Counted from the stretch's first letter, positions 39,040-51,959 are shown. The stretch: DNA of 63,278 bases from Chiloscyllium plagiosum (GCF_004010195.1 NC_057719.1:78386898-78450175); one strand, 5' to 3'. Notes: generated by a model from the sequence alone, not told the origin. Translations and numbers: made by a program.

Positions 39040-39630
39040 TAAAACTAATGGAATACTGGCCTTTAGATGTGAAGGATTGGAATATAAGGATATAGGAGTT
39101 TTGCTGCAGTTATTACAAAATCCTGGTTAGACCCCATGGGAGTACAATGAGCAGATCTGTGCACTACACCTGAAGAAGGTTACATTGGCATTGGAAGGAG
39201 TGTAATGTAGATTTAAAAGAATGATACCTGGACTTCAGAAGTTAAGTTATGAGCAGAGATTATTCAAATTAGACCTGTTTTCTCACGTTTAGAAGGTTAA
39301 GAGGTGACCTGATCAAAGTTTTCAAGGTATTAACAGAAAAAGACAGGGTAGATAAAAAATAAACTATTCCACTGGTTGGAGATTATATAACTAATGGCCA
39401 GAGTCTGAGAATTAGGGGAGATGTGAGGAAGTTGTTCTACACACAAAGGATGGTAGATGTTTGGCATTCATTTCCACAATTGGCAGTGGTTGCTAGATCA
39501 GATGCTAATCAAAGGTATTGATGGACATGGGCCAACGGCAGATGTAAGGAGTTAGACCATCGATCGGCCATGATCTCATTGAATGGTGGAACATGCTTGA
39601 GGGGCTGAATGGCCTACTTGTGTTCTTCTG
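39040..39630 (+). mobile_element. Old CR1 3' fragment
   Basis: LVRP, RRLRGDLIKVFK and ggggctgaatggcctac tail. Confidence 0.75.
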
Positions 39631-40611
39631 TTGTCCCTCAGTCATTATTGTGTTTTGGTTTCTGTCACAATAGTATCAGGATGAAAGAAATAACGTAACA
39701 TAGTAGAACAGGTGACCCATCGAGTCTGTGTAGCTCTATCTAAGAGTAGTCAGCTAAACCTAACTCAAGCCCTTTCTCCATGTTTTTCTCATACATTTTC
39801 CTCCTGATGTCGGTCTGCCTTCAGCACAGTGTTTTGTCTGATACAGCAATACTTATATCCACTTGCATGAGAAATTCAATGTGGCTATTCTGGTATTGGA
39901 GAATCTAACAGACATCTATTATAACTAATTATTATGTACAAATATTACATTCCCAAGGCACATAAGTATGTGAGAAAAAAAAATTAAGCAATAGTTTCCA
40001 TCAGGACCATGCTTCAAGGAATTGAAAGTAAGATGGAGTATGAGATCTTTATATATTCAGGTCAGAAGCAATGATGCAGTGATGGTGTGAGCATGTTTCT
40101 GAAAGCAATACTGAAAAACTACACTTTCAACTATTAGGTTATTCCATCAATCTTAAGGGATACAATTGAATCTGTGTGTACTGCTCTATCAGACAATTTC
40201 TTTCTTTTACTCACTTCAAACATGTTGCTGAGTTGTTTTTTGCCTTGTGCATCTATTACACATCATCAGAAATTTGCACAGTATGTTTTTTTTTGATGTT
40301 TCAATCATTTTGCAAGCGTATCTAACCATTTGACTCTGTTTAAACTCCTCACCATTCTACACACCTGCACCCAAACTTCTGTTAAACCTCTCTACTCGTA
40401 AAAAGAACAATAGCCGTCTTTCCAGTCGTCACATAATTGGAATCCATTCAAATTAATCTCTTGCTTTAGATTCTGCAGTGGGTTCACATCCATCTAAAAG
40501 CATTATCTTCGACAAGTTAGTCTAGCAAGATCTGAGCAAGCATTTTAAACAGATTAAGCATAATGTCCAGCCTGTTGTACTTCCTCTATTTTGAATGCCA
40601 TGGATCCTATA

Positions 40612-40820
40612 AAGTTAAAAATCACACAACACCAGGTTATAGTCCGACAAGTTTATTTGAAATCACTAGCTTTTGAAGTGCTGCTTCTTCATAGGCTTCA
40701 CAACCACCTGATGAAGGAGCAGCGCTTCAAAAGTTAGTACTTCCAAGTAAACCTGTTGACTATAACCTGATGATGCAATTTTTAACTTTGCCCACCCCAG
40801 TCCAACACCGGCACTTCCAT
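40612..40820. mobile_element. Penelope-derived fold-back insertion (family 2)
   Basis: Inverted arms. cac-CTGATGA-aggagc-agc-gcttc-AAAA-GTTA (degenerate core). Direct repeat atcctata at 40604-40611 and 40821-40828. Confidence 0.78.
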
Positions 40821-41024
40821 ATCCTATAGGTGTTATTATTTACCTTTTTTTTAACTGTCCTACCCCCTCCAAAGACTCTAAGCGCCTCCAGTTTCTCAGT
40901 TCTTGCATCACCTTTTTAAGATTGTGCCATTTAGCATGTATTTGTCTGTCCTTTACTCCTCTGACCAATTGCTCATACATTTCTGCTATTTTTCACCCAC
41001 CAACCTGTCCAAATTCTCATGGTG

Positions 41025-41246
41025 GCAGAAGCAGGTACTGCAGATGCTGGAGATTAGGGTCAAGATTAGAGTGGTGCTGGAAAAGCACAGCAGGTCAGGC
41101 AGCATCCAAGGAGCAGGAAAATCGATGTTTCAGGTAAAAGCCATTCCTGATGAAGGGCTTTTGCCCGAAATGTCGATTTTCCTGCTCCTCGGATGCTGCC
41201 TGACCTGCTGTGCTTTTCCAACACCACTCCAATCTTGACCCAAGTG
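41025..41246. mobile_element. Penelope-derived fold-back insertion (family 1)
   Basis: Inverted arms. TSD ctcatggtg at 41016-41024 and 41247-41255. Confidence 0.85.
41143..41178 (+). ncRNA. Minimal type I hammerhead ribozyme core
   Basis: attc-CTGATGA(41147-41153)-a-gggc-tttt-gccc-GAAA(41167-41170)-TGTC-gatt (C>T at the CpG of stem III). Confidence 0.62.
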
Positions 41247-41399
41247 CTCATGGTGTTTATTACAGCCATCCTTATGTTTACTACATTTTCACTTGTTGCT
41301 TCTCCTTCATTTCCTTTTTGAAAGTGGTGGTGATGGACTGTCTTCCTGAACTGCTGCAGTCGGTGTGGCGTTAAATGAAAGGTTCTGATGCTTTGTGGG

Positions 41400-41605
41400 A
41401 TGTGAGCGTCTCTGAGCCAGCATTTATTGCCCGTCCCTAGTTGCCCCTTGAGAAGGTGGTGGTGAGCTGCCTTCTTGAACCGCTGCCATCCACATGTTGA
41501 GCCCCAACGTCATTAGGCAGGGAATTCCAGGATTTTGACCCAATGACAGTGAGATATTTCCAAGCCAGGATGGCAATTGTGTTAGAGGGGAACTTGCAGG
41601 CGAGA
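41400..41605 (-). mobile_element. CR1 family B 3' tail
   Basis: gccagcatttattgccc...gaaggtggtggtgagctgcc. Confidence 0.75.
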
Positions 41606-42012
41606 GAGTTTCCTGGTTGTCTTTCCTTTTACAGGTTCAGGTTTAGAGAATGAATATTTATGTTGCTTTGCTGATGTTGGAAATACAGCAAGCCTGATGA
41701 GGAAACCTCCTGTTATGGTGGGCAGCTCATTTGGTTCCTTCACTCAGCACTTCTTCAATATGTTTGGCCTTGGATATAGGGCTGAATTTTCAAGTAATGT
41801 TTTGTCAAGCGAGATTCATGGCACCCAGTCACAGGCTTTTCTCGCAAAGCCTAAAATGTTTGCATCCATCTTCAGTAAATTAACAGGTCTGCAGTCCAAA
41901 TTTAAAGGAAGATAAAGACACGTGTTTCCCCTCTCCCCACCCCACCCCCACCCCCACAATGCCCCAGCCAACCCCTAACAGCAACTGAGAAATAGCCAGA
42001 ATAACCTGATTA

Positions 42013-42368
42013 GGGACAGCACGTTGACTCAGTGGTTAGCACTGTTACCTCACAGCGCCAAAGATCCAGGTTCGATTCCAGCCTTGGGCAACCATCTGTG
42101 TGGAGTTTGCACATTCTCCCTGTGTCTGTGTGGGTTTCCTCCAGGTGCTCCGGTTTCCTCCCACAGTCCGAAGATGTGCAGGTTAGGTGAATTGACCATG
42201 GGAAATTGTCCATAGTGTTCACGGATGTGTAGGCTAGTTGCATTAGTCAAGGAAAATGTAGAGTAAAAGGTAGGGGAATGGGTCTGGGTGGGGTACTCTT
42301 CGGAGGGTCAGTGTAGGCTTTTTGGGCCAAATGGCCCGTTTCCACACAGTAGGGTATCAATGATTCTA
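42013..42368 (+). mobile_element. Full-length HE1-type SINE
   Basis: tRNA-like head (A-box tgactcagtggttagc, B-box ggttcgattcc 42069-42079), body and CR1-like tail. Confidence 0.92.
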
Positions 42369-43014
42369 CAAGGTTCTCCAGTTCAGCTCACCTCCAGGAA
42401 TAAAGCAGTTCTAACAATGCTGAGTCTGCTTTCTCAAGTGCTCAGGGATGCAATCCCTCGCTGTTAACTGAGCTGTAAGAATATGTGAGAAAATCAAATT
42501 TTCATTGAGATGATCCTGACCTTGCTCACAGTTAGAATTGCATTGAAACTGCCACTGATTTCTAAGTGGTCTTTTAAGAAGAAAAAAAGAAATAATAGGT
42601 GATAGAGGATTGGTGATTATCAGAAAATTGAAGTGGAGATTGGATTATTTTGAAGCCAGCCTGAAGAGCATTTTCTAACTACCAGTCTCATGTCACAGCT
42701 TGTTTAGGGCTTTATTGCCAAGTCTACGTACAGGATAGACAAAGAACAGAGGGAGCAATCATCTGCTCTGCAATGGCTTTTTGCTGTATTAATACATGTT
42801 GGTAAACTTTGAAATTTGGCCTTGATCGTAAACTCTCCAAAGTCAGGGGCTTGGAGCCTGATGTGCTGCATGTGGCCCCACAGCCTTTTAGTTATGGTAG
42901 CAAAATAAATTTTTTTTTTTGTGTTTTTGCCATAGAGAGGTGGCCACTTAATTAGCACGTTTAAAACAGCATCCAATGTCTTCTAAATTTCTCTCCTGCT
43001 GTGTAATTCAAATG

Positions 43015-43480
43015 GACCAGGGCATGTGGGAACACCACCACTTCAAGTTCACATTTAAGTCACTCACCATCCTGACTTGGAAATGTGTCCCTGTTCCATC
43101 AATGTCACTGGGTCAAAATTCTGGACGACCCCTGCCAATACCATTAGATTAGATTAGATTACTTAGTGTGGCTACAGGCCCTTTGGCCCAACAAGTCCAC
43201 ACCGACCCCCCGAAGCGCAACCCACCCAGACCCATTCCCCTACATTTACCTTTTCACCTAACACTACAGGCAATTGATCATGGCCAATTCATCTAACCTG
43301 CACATTTTTGGATTGTGGGAGGAAACCAGAGCACCCGGAGGAAACCCATTGTGTCGACTTAAACCAAAAGGTCTTCAGCAATTCAAGATGGCAGCTTGGC
43401 GACACCTTCTCAAAGGTGTCTAGGGGTGGGCAATAAATGCTGGCTCAGTCAGCAATGCTCCCATCACATGAGTGAATTAA
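43015..43480 (+). mobile_element. CR1-B 3' end interrupted by an antisense HE1 fragment (43144-43350)
   Basis: ggaacaccaccac...ctcaccatcctgacttggaa. HE1 tail (ttaga)n flanked by ccatt. Confidence 0.8.
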
Positions 43481-46280
43481 AAATTTGGGGGTGGGGGGGC
43501 GGGGGGGGAGGGTAAAGTTTGTGGCTTTGAAAGCTAAGTAGTTTTCAAATAGCTAGATCAGGCAGACAAGTTCTCCCTCAGGCCCCAAACATTATCCCTC
43601 TCAGAAGGAAAATCCAATGGTGCTGGACCACATTTGGGTTCCATATTATAGTGTACAAGTTTGCTTTTGGACTGGTTTTATGGTTTTTACTGATTGGTGG
43701 TTTTTACTCTCCACCTGGCCCATTGGTGGCCTGTCTGGCTCACATCCTGATTGCAGTGGGGCCCATTCCAACTGGTTTTCTCTGCTTTCAGTTGCTGAAG
43801 CTGTCAATTTGTTTGACTCTTGGGATGATCACTGAGCTTAAAAAAAAAGGGGTCCTGGCAATGAAGTTGGATAGATTCTCGTACATCAAGTATTATGTAA
43901 TACTGTGTTGGTTTTTCAGATACAGCCACAAAGGTTTGTTTGAACTAACAGCGGAATTTGATACACTCACTCCTGCCTCACTCTCTGGCCCCTAATGTCC
44001 CACTCCCCCAAAGCCAGTTCAGGAGTGGGGCAGCAATTTGTTTGGGCTGGGCGGTGCCAGGTGGGCACTGCATGCCGATCGAGCTGAAGGTAGGAAGCAC
44101 TGATATTGACTTTCCTGTGTTCCTATCCTCAAGTAGCCACATAGGGTCTCACTGTGCTACCTCTGGTCTTGGAATGGCAGCAGGTAGAACACATACCATG
44201 CAGGGAGGATGCCCAGCAAGCCCTGGGAAGTTGGCAAAGGACCTACTCTGTGGAGTATCCCTATTGACATGCCTCTTCCCTTCCCATCCCTCCCACTCAA
44301 TCTCCTCACTGGTGACTGCAATCTCAGTGACCTCTCACCCACCTCTACCTCAGGACCCACTGCCAATCCATCCTGCAGGCCCCAGTGTAATACTGACTAT
44401 GACTACCTCTGACTCCTGGAAAATGGGCAACCATAGTTTGGCCAATGGCACAAGGGGCTGGTGTTTCCATGTGGTGGTGGGAGCACCAATGCTATCCAGG
44501 TAAGTGCTTGATTTCCTGTTAATTGGACCTCCCCCTGGACAGAAGAGAAATGTGCAGCTTCCATTAGCTTTTGTTAATTCTGCATTGCACTCATTAAACT
44601 TCACCCTAGCATCTGCTGTATGTTGTAGTCTCCAAAGAGCTTTCTCATAGTACTGCTGTACATGCTCACCTCCTTAAAACACAGATATATAAAAGCAGTC
44701 ACAATGCAAAGTGTTAACGATGCATTTTTAGTAAGCAGCGATTTTTATTTGCAGTCTGAATATATAAACAATGGCGTTAAGTTGTATGTATAAAGAGCTG
44801 GTAATTAAATATAAATGGAAGTATTGTCACGCATCCAGGAATTTGCATCAAGCCAAGAACATCATCTATTATGTGCATAAAGAATTTGAAGGTCAGAATT
44901 TGAATATCTATGTTGTTGTTCATCTAAGTTTGACCTAACATAGAATGTCAGGTTTTGAAAATCCATTGGCCCAGCAGTGATTCCAGAGGGATTGGATCGT
45001 GGCATAATTCAGCTTCTCGTTTGTAATGGCTCAGATTTTCATTCCCATGTCAGGCATGCAGAGTTGGGAGAAACCTGGGCCCTGCATACCATAGTTTTTT
45101 CAAAAAGAAATGCCACCCTCTACAACTGATCTCTCTTTGCTCTTTGTTTCATGCCAACTTCCTTATTACCTAGGAGGGGTCTTAGCAGAAGCTAAATTTT
45201 AAGTCTATTGAAGAGGCCTATATTGATATTTTTTAAAAAAAAACAAACTCTTGTTGATACAATAAACATCCAAAACATTGAAATTGCTTCAAATAATCCT
45301 TTATGAAAATAAAATACCACTTAAACGTTTAATCCCTTATGTCAACAAACACTTTCATAAAGTAACCAATATAGTGGTCTGTCAACAAACACCCGGTTGT
45401 GAACGTGATGGATTCAGTTCTGCAGCGCAAATCCTGTAATGATTTTACATCAGCAACCAATGTGAAATTCACTGCTTTTTGTTTAACTTTTTAAAATAAA
45501 AATTATTTTGGACTGTTGCTTCACATCGTACGTATGCATGCAAGCATGACTTTTCTCAGTCCCAAAGGAATTACCTCCACCAATGGGGTATCTTAATCGA
45601 CCAAAGGTTTCCCAAGCGTAAATCTAAAGGGGGATACCTTGCCTCTCCAAAGGTGGAGAAATGTAAACATTCCTCTAACTTTCCTCTAGCATCCCCTTGC
45701 TCACAGGCCCTCTCGCATGCATGAGACATGATGCCCTCTATCCATCCCATATGGCCCCCACTCTATTATGTCAACTTATTACCTACCCTTTCCCCTTCAT
45801 CTACCAAGCCATTTAGTATTCACCAGTACCCATTCATTGGAGAAAAAAATGTATGGTTCTATTACTTAATTATATATTTGCAGACTACACGCATTTGAGA
45901 AAAGTACTCTCAATGCTCAATTCATATTTTGACACTTCTTGAAAGGCCAATTCTTGGCAACACTTTTTTTTACATGTTTTGACAATTGGACAGTTCCAAG
46001 GCATTTTGCACCATTTTACATGCAGTATTCTCCACACAAAGGGGTCCTGACCCTCCCTAAGGATCCTTGACCCCCACTTCAAAGCATGCCTAATGCTGCT
46101 CCCACCATCTCACACATCACATGGATGCCTAACCCCACATCCTCTTATGTACTGTGGTACCTCAGCTGTCCATTGAGGTATCCTGGCTATGCAAAAGAAA
46201 TACACTGGGGAAGGAGCCACTCTTTTTTTTAGCCTAATCCCCACAGTCCGGGTTCCAGGCATTTTGGTAGATTATACTTG

Positions 46281-46410
46281 ACAACCACCTGATGAAAGAG
46301 CAGCGTTCCAAAGGCTAGTACTTCCACATAAACCTGTTGGACTATAACCTGGTGCTGTGCGATATTTAACTTTTGTCCACCCCAGTCCAATACCAGCCCT
46401 TCCATATCAT
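46281..46410 (+). mobile_element. Penelope-derived short insertion (family 2)
   Basis: acaaccac-CTGATGA-aagagc-agc-gttcc-aaag-gcta followed by the family-2 tail. Confidence 0.75.
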
Positions 46411-46611
46411 GAATAGGAAAAGATTGGAGGCATATAAGCCAGGAGCAGGCAGGTGGAACTAGTTTAGTTTGCGATAATGTTCAGCATGGACTGGTCAGAC
46501 AAAAGAACCTGTTTCCTTTTTTTTAAAACAAGGAGACAGAGATCCCTTATTAAGGGTGTTTCTAAATAAGACAGTGAAAAAGAGCAGAAGTTTAATGCTT
46601 CAGATGAAGGC

Positions 46612-46950
46612 CGTGATGTAGAAGTGCAGGTGTTGGACTGGGGTGGGCAAAGTTAAAAATCACAAAGCACCAGGTTATAGTCCAACAGGTTTATTTGGCA
46701 GCACTAGCTTTCAGAGCACTGCTCCTTCATCAAATAGCTAGTGGGGCAGGACCACAGGACACAAAATTTATAGCAAAAGATGTAACAATCTGGATTTGTT
46801 CAATACATCACACCAGTTCTAACTTTTACAATATATTCTGTGTCCTATGATCCTGCCCCTCTAGCTATCTGATGAAGGAGCAGTGCTCTGAAAGCTAGTG
46901 TTTCCAAGTAAACCTTTTGGACTATAACTGGTGTTGTGATTTTTAAAAAC
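46612..46950. mobile_element. Penelope-derived fold-back insertion (family 2, long arms)
   Basis: ~115-bp inverted arms. Imperfect TSD tcagatgaaggc / tctgatgagggc at 46600-46611 and 46951-46962. Confidence 0.8.
46866..46900 (+). ncRNA. Minimal type I hammerhead ribozyme, intact core (family 2)
   Basis: tat-CTGATGA(46869-46875)-a-ggagc-agt-gctct-GAAA(46890-46893)-GCTA-gtg. Palindromic AGCT at stem III. Stem I tat/gtg. Confidence 0.68.
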
Positions 46951-47264
46951 TCTGATGAGGGCTATTCTGCGGTTTTACAGTATGATGGCAACACCCACAA
47001 AGGAATCTGTAAATAGTGAGGAGGGTCAATGGATAATACGGGAAGGCTGTGCCTAGCCTGACACTCTACAGTTCCTTGAGTTACAAGAATGTTGCTGCAA
47101 CATTATGACTCTATTTTCCATCATGCTGGGAACCAATTGGCACTTAATTGGCCAACCTGAAAAACCAGGATGGTGTGTAAAATTCCATCAGGAAATAACA
47201 CTGAAAGCTTAATTCAGCAATAAAGGCTCAGTAGCAACCCTGAGGTAATGCAAGACGAGAGAAC

Positions 47265-48025
47265 ATTTGCATCACACACATGCCAGGCAATGACCATCTC
47301 CAATAATAAACGATCTAACCACCGCTCCTTGACATTCAATGGTGTTACAGTCCCTGAATTCCCCCGATGCCATCACCCTGGGGCTTATCATTGACCAAGA
47401 ACTTAACTGGACGCTCCACACAAACACTGGCCACAAGAGCAGGGCTCTGAATACTGAGGCAAGTAATTCATCTTCGGACTCCCGAAAGGCCTGCCCACCA
47501 AATACAGAGCACGAGTCAAGAAAGAGATGGAATACTCCCCAGTCGCTGGACGAATGCAGTCCAACAAGACTGGAGAAGCTTGATATTGTTCAGGACAAAG
47601 TAGCCTACTTGGTTATCACCACATCCACTCCTTCCACTAGTGATGCTCAGTAGCAGCAGTGCGCAATATCTACAAGGTGCACTGTGGAAATTGGTAACAG
47701 CTCCTCAGACTGCACCTTTTCAGACCCACGGCTACTTCCACCTAGAAGGACGAGGGCAGCAGAGACATGGAAACACCACCACCTGCAAGTTCCCCTCCAA
47801 CCCACTCACCATCCTGACTTGGAAATATATTGCTATTACTTCACTGCCACTGGGTCAAAATCCCATAATACCCTCCCTGAGGGTATTTTGGTCAACCTAC
47901 AACACGTGGACTGCAGTGGTTTAAGAAGGCACCTTACTACCACCACCACCACCACCACAAGGACAACTAGAGATGGTTAATAAATGCTGGCCCAGCCAGT
48001 AATGCCCACATCCCACAAATGAATT
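47265..48025 (+). mobile_element. CR1 family B 3' fragment
   Basis: LGLIIDQELNWT, LEKLDIVQDK and tail ataaatgctggcccagcc. Confidence 0.85.
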
Positions 48026-48371
48026 TTTAAATTCTGCATTAATTAAAATTACATTGTAATGTGACATTGTTGTTAATGTCTGGAAAAGATTTTAGATTTG
48101 ACTGAGGCAGGAAAACAAAGTACTCAGGATGCTGTAATGTTCTGTGTTCTAACTATGTAGAATACTCATTTCCAAATTGTCTTTAAAACCGCTTTTAACT
48201 GTCATCTTTCCTATTTTTTGCATATGTTTTCAATCAATATTCTAAACATATCTGAATGGCTATTTCCCTAGCCTGTCTCCAACCTGTCAATTCCCAAGTG
48301 ATTTGGAATGCACTGAACCCAGATGTTGGGGGGACGGGAAGGGCAAGGAAGAAAGGATGGGCGGGGGAGGG

Positions 48372-48395
48372 GTGTGTGTGTGTGTGTGTGTGTGT
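48372..48395. repeat. (GT)n microsatellite
   Basis: About 12 GT units. Confidence 0.9.
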
Positions 48396-48466
48396 GGAGG
48401 AAATGACAAATTCGGCAGATACTGAAGATCAGTTCTCAATCACTGAGAAGGCAATGATTTTGACAG

Positions 48467-48793
48467 TGTTGCAGACCGGAACATTCCAAGCTCTAGGACG
48501 ACTTGCTGAGGAATGCACTAAAGCATGGGGCAGCTGCCGCCAAGGCACAGTGGGGAAAGACCACCATCTAAGGTCTTTCTGCTGACATGAAATGGGCTCC
48601 ATTTCAGTTATTGCAACTCCCAGCAATACCTCAAATATATGTAAATATAGTCTTGTACAAGGAAGGAAAGCCTTGGGTTTGTTTGCTTCATACAGTCAAA
48701 CTCTAACGTTTGTTTCATCGGACAGAACCGAATTGCTTCAGTGACTATGTATGCAAAAATATTTTTATGAATAAAGTGTGTTTAAATTTAAAA
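48467..48793 (+). mobile_element. Tx1-clade LINE 3' end
   Basis: CCRPEHSKL*DDLLRNALKHGAAAAKAQWGKTTI* (48467-48571) matches a Tx1-type ORF2 C-terminus. AATAAA at 48770-48775. Confidence 0.7.
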
Positions 48794-49244
48794 GTGGGAT
48801 ACGCTTGTGAGTCTCTCAAGGCACTTAATTTTATTCTTTTGCTGTTATGCAGATCAAAGCATTGGATAGGGGAAAGGTGGGAGGAGATGTTATTAACATT
48901 TTGACATATACACTGCAGACCGGCATAAAAGCAAAGGAAAAATGAGTCACTGAGCTCACCATGAAAACTGACAGAATCCACTTCTGAGTCAAAATTTGAC
49001 AGTATTGGCTGCATTATGTTTGAAATGTTTTACATAAACATCAAATACTCATTAACATCAATTAGTCATTTTTACGCAGTTATTCTTTCAGAAACATGTT
49101 TTGCTGCAGTTGTCTAGATTACAACCACTCTCTAAATAGTTTTTAGATGAAGTGCTGTGTTTTGAAAAAAAGGTGCAATCAATTGCTACAGCTTTATCAG
49201 ACGGCGATTCTGGCTGGATAACATAAATTGAGCATTCACATGAT

Positions 49245-49620
49245 ATGAACATTACTGACTGAGCAGGTATTTGTTGTCCATTCATAACTATCTTTGAGGT
49301 GATCATGAACTGCCTCTGGAACCACTGCAATCCAAGTGGTATGGACACAAAATTATTGTGCTGTTAAGGAGTTTCAGGATTTTGACCTTGTGGCAATGAA
49401 GGAACAGTGATCAATGAAGGAACAGTGATCTAATTCCAAGTCAGGATAGTATGTGGCTTGTGGGAGAGAACTTGGGAAAAGCGTGTGGTGTTCCTAAATG
49501 TATGGAGCCCTTTTTGTTCCGGACGGTTCTGAATTTAGAAGGTGCCGTTGAAGGAGCCTTGCTGAGTTACTCCAGTGCATCGTATATAGAATGTTAACTG
49601 CTGCCAATCTGTGTCAGTAG
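49245..49620 (-). mobile_element. CR1 family B 3' end with 18-bp tandem duplication (49394-49429)
   Basis: caatgaaggaacagtgat x2 and ttccaagtcaggat. Confidence 0.75.
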
Positions 49621-49779
49621 GCTTGACTGGAAGGGAACCAGCCTGTGATGGGAAGGGCAACTCTTTACTGAGTACTTATGGGTGATGTGTATCTCAGTCT
49701 TGTTATTGAATTTTTCTGGATATATTGGGGATTTAAGGGGGATTAATTTGTCACTATCTCCATGTACTTTGAACCCTGG

Positions 49780-50160
49780 TTGGAAGATGGTGAACTGTGT
49801 TCAAAGGCTGAAGACAGGTTGCCAAAGATGAGGAATGATTTCTCTGTGATGGAAGACATCATTTGTGACCTTGATAACAGCTACTTTCATACTGCAACTG
49901 AAGCTTGAATACCGGGATTCAAAAATGGAATTTCTGGAAAAGTGGATTTGGGAAGTGACAACGTGAATCAAGGAAAGGGAAGATAAAGAAGTATAATAGT
50001 TTGCAGAGAAATAAGAGTCCTGGATGGGAATGTTGAGGAGAAGGTGATGAATATGGATTTGAAAGAGGAGGAAGGGGGTAGAACCTGAGGAGAGAGAATC
50101 ATGAACAATATTAACTAGTACGGGAGTTAGGAAGAGAAATTTGGTGGTCAGTAGTTTAGC
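49780..50160 (-). mobile_element. L2 LINE RT fragment
   Basis: NIVHDSLSSG...SANY...VVTSQ...NSIFES...VIKVTND. Confidence 0.75.
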
Positions 50161-50164
50161 AAGA

Positions 50165-50310
50165 ATAGAGTCATAATCATGTACAACACTGAAACAGGTC
50201 CTTCGGCTCAACTCGTCCCCATGGCGACCAGGTCTCTCAAACTGAACTAGTGCCATTTGCTTGTGTTTAGCCTGTAACCCGCTAAAACTTTCCTATCCAT
50301 GTACCTGTCA
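50165..50310 (-). mobile_element. CR1 3' tail
   Basis: atagagtcat...gaaacaggtccttcggc. Confidence 0.7.
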
Positions 50311-50334
50311 GAGTGTCAACATAATAAATATTGC

Positions 50335-50960
50335 AATTTGTTTTGATGCTGTGGCTTTAAGAGGTTATTTTGTCCTTTTTTTTGAAATAGAGGTGCTAAA
50401 ACAGGAGTCGAGCTGACTACTTGGAAAGTGAGTAAACAGCTTGTGAGGCCTTGGGCCTTTTTTAAAAAAAGAAGTTGGGGCAATAGAATTGGTCTGGATT
50501 GGTGTGGCCAGCTCTCGCTGACCAGGATTTCGAGCTTTTTACTTTTTAGGTTTAGCTTTAAACGGTTACTGTAGGAGTCTCAACAGGGTAGAAGCTGCTG
50601 GAGGTTTGAAGAAATAGACACTATCTTTTCCTCCTCTCAGTTACAGCTAGAAGTTTGGGTTTATCTCTGCTGCTGGGTTATCTGTGAGTCAAATACATTT
50701 TTCTGAATTTGCCTTTTTGCCAAGGGTGTGTTTATGGGACGTTACTGTATTGGAACAGTTAGCCAGTAACAGTTACTGTATCTATTATTCCAAGTTTTCC
50801 CAATAGAGAGAGGTTAGCCGAAGTTCTTCTTTCTTTTGTATTTAACTTTTTAGTGTTTGTATCTTGCTTAAAGTCGTGTTGTCTGACCAATCGAATTGCA
50901 TCTAGAACATTATATTTGACTTTAAAATAAGAAAAAAAGTTAGGACCTAGACTTAAAGTA
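50335..50960 (+). mobile_element. LTR-like segment related to 36475-37538
   Basis: Shared blocks (tgtcctt..tttt, agaggtgctaaaacagg, agtaaacag...aggcc). Termini uncertain. Confidence 0.4.
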
Positions 50961-51419
50961 GCCTCTCCATATAATTCAAACCTTCCAATCACAATAATAT
51001 CCTTTTAGATCATTTTTTGCACCCTCTCCAGATTACTAACCTATAGCAGAGCTCAACCATTCCAGTTGTCTTATCCCGCAGTGCGCAGCACCATTTGAAG
51101 TATTAAAAATATTTGATTTTTAGTTAAGGTGCCTATTGAAGAGATCAACTTATCCTCTTTGTTTCTTGAGATCACCACAAGGTAGAAAGGGAGCACTTTG
51201 TGTACAGGCCTGTATGGTACAGGTATTTAGATTTTCATTTGTGCAGAGATTTGATGGTAGAATGGAATGTTTTGGGGTCAGTAAATCCCCTTATATTGAG
51301 TATTACCACCTTTAAATCTATATTCATTGCAGTTTTGATATTTAGCGATGAGCATCAGAATTATAAGATGCAGTTCAATCAAGAATGAAGGCATGAAACA
51401 GCAGGGAGTGCTTAAATGT

Positions 51420-51699
51420 AATTTTAAAACCATATTCCAATAGCTAATGTAATATGGAAAAGTCAACTTGACTTTGCAATTACCAGAATGCTAAAAATGA
51501 GCACTTAAGGTGTCAAACCAGGGTGATGTGTCTCTACCTCAACTAAATCATCTGCAGCTAATTTTAAAACCATATTCCAATAGCTAATGTAATATGGAAA
51601 AGTCAACTTGACTTTGCAATTACCAGAATGCTAAAAATGAGCACTTATGGTGTCAAAGCAGGGGGATGTGTCTCTACCTCAACTAAATCATCTGCAGCT
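51420..51699. repeat. 140-bp tandem duplication
   Basis: 51420-51559 versus 51560-51699, 3 substitutions. Confidence 0.97.
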
Positions 51700-51959
51700 T
51701 ACCTGTAGCAAAACGCTGGCTGACTGGGAAGAGGGACATCTGCTCGGATTGTCCGAGGACACAAAATGATCTGTACAAATACTAATTTTTATGGCCTGCA
51801 TTCTGCTCTAGTGGTTTGAACTTTGTTCCGGTGGATGGCATCAAATTACTTTTGTTTTAATCCTGTCTTGGAATGTGGATATTGCTGGCAAAGTCAGTAT
51901 TTGTTGCTCATGCTGAAATTGCCCCATGGACAGTAATATTGAGCTGTCTTCTTTGTAAT

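Noticed and set aside
42013..42085. tRNA-like A/B-box sequences (also ~37181, 53180-53255, 56620)
   Set aside because: These are heads of HE1 SINEs followed by SINE body and LINE-like tail, not tRNA genes
43487..43512. G-run with G-quadruplex potential (also C-runs at 41928-41956)
   Set aside because: Low-complexity tracts next to repeat tails, with no functional evidence
43958..44503. 181-aa ORF ending at a CAG|GTAAGT donor-like site
   Set aside because: No recognisable domain and a non-ATG start. Probably decayed repeat or chance, although an exon cannot be excluded without RNA data.
51420..51699. CRISPR-like or satellite array
   Set aside because: Only two contiguous units, no spacers, eukaryotic context
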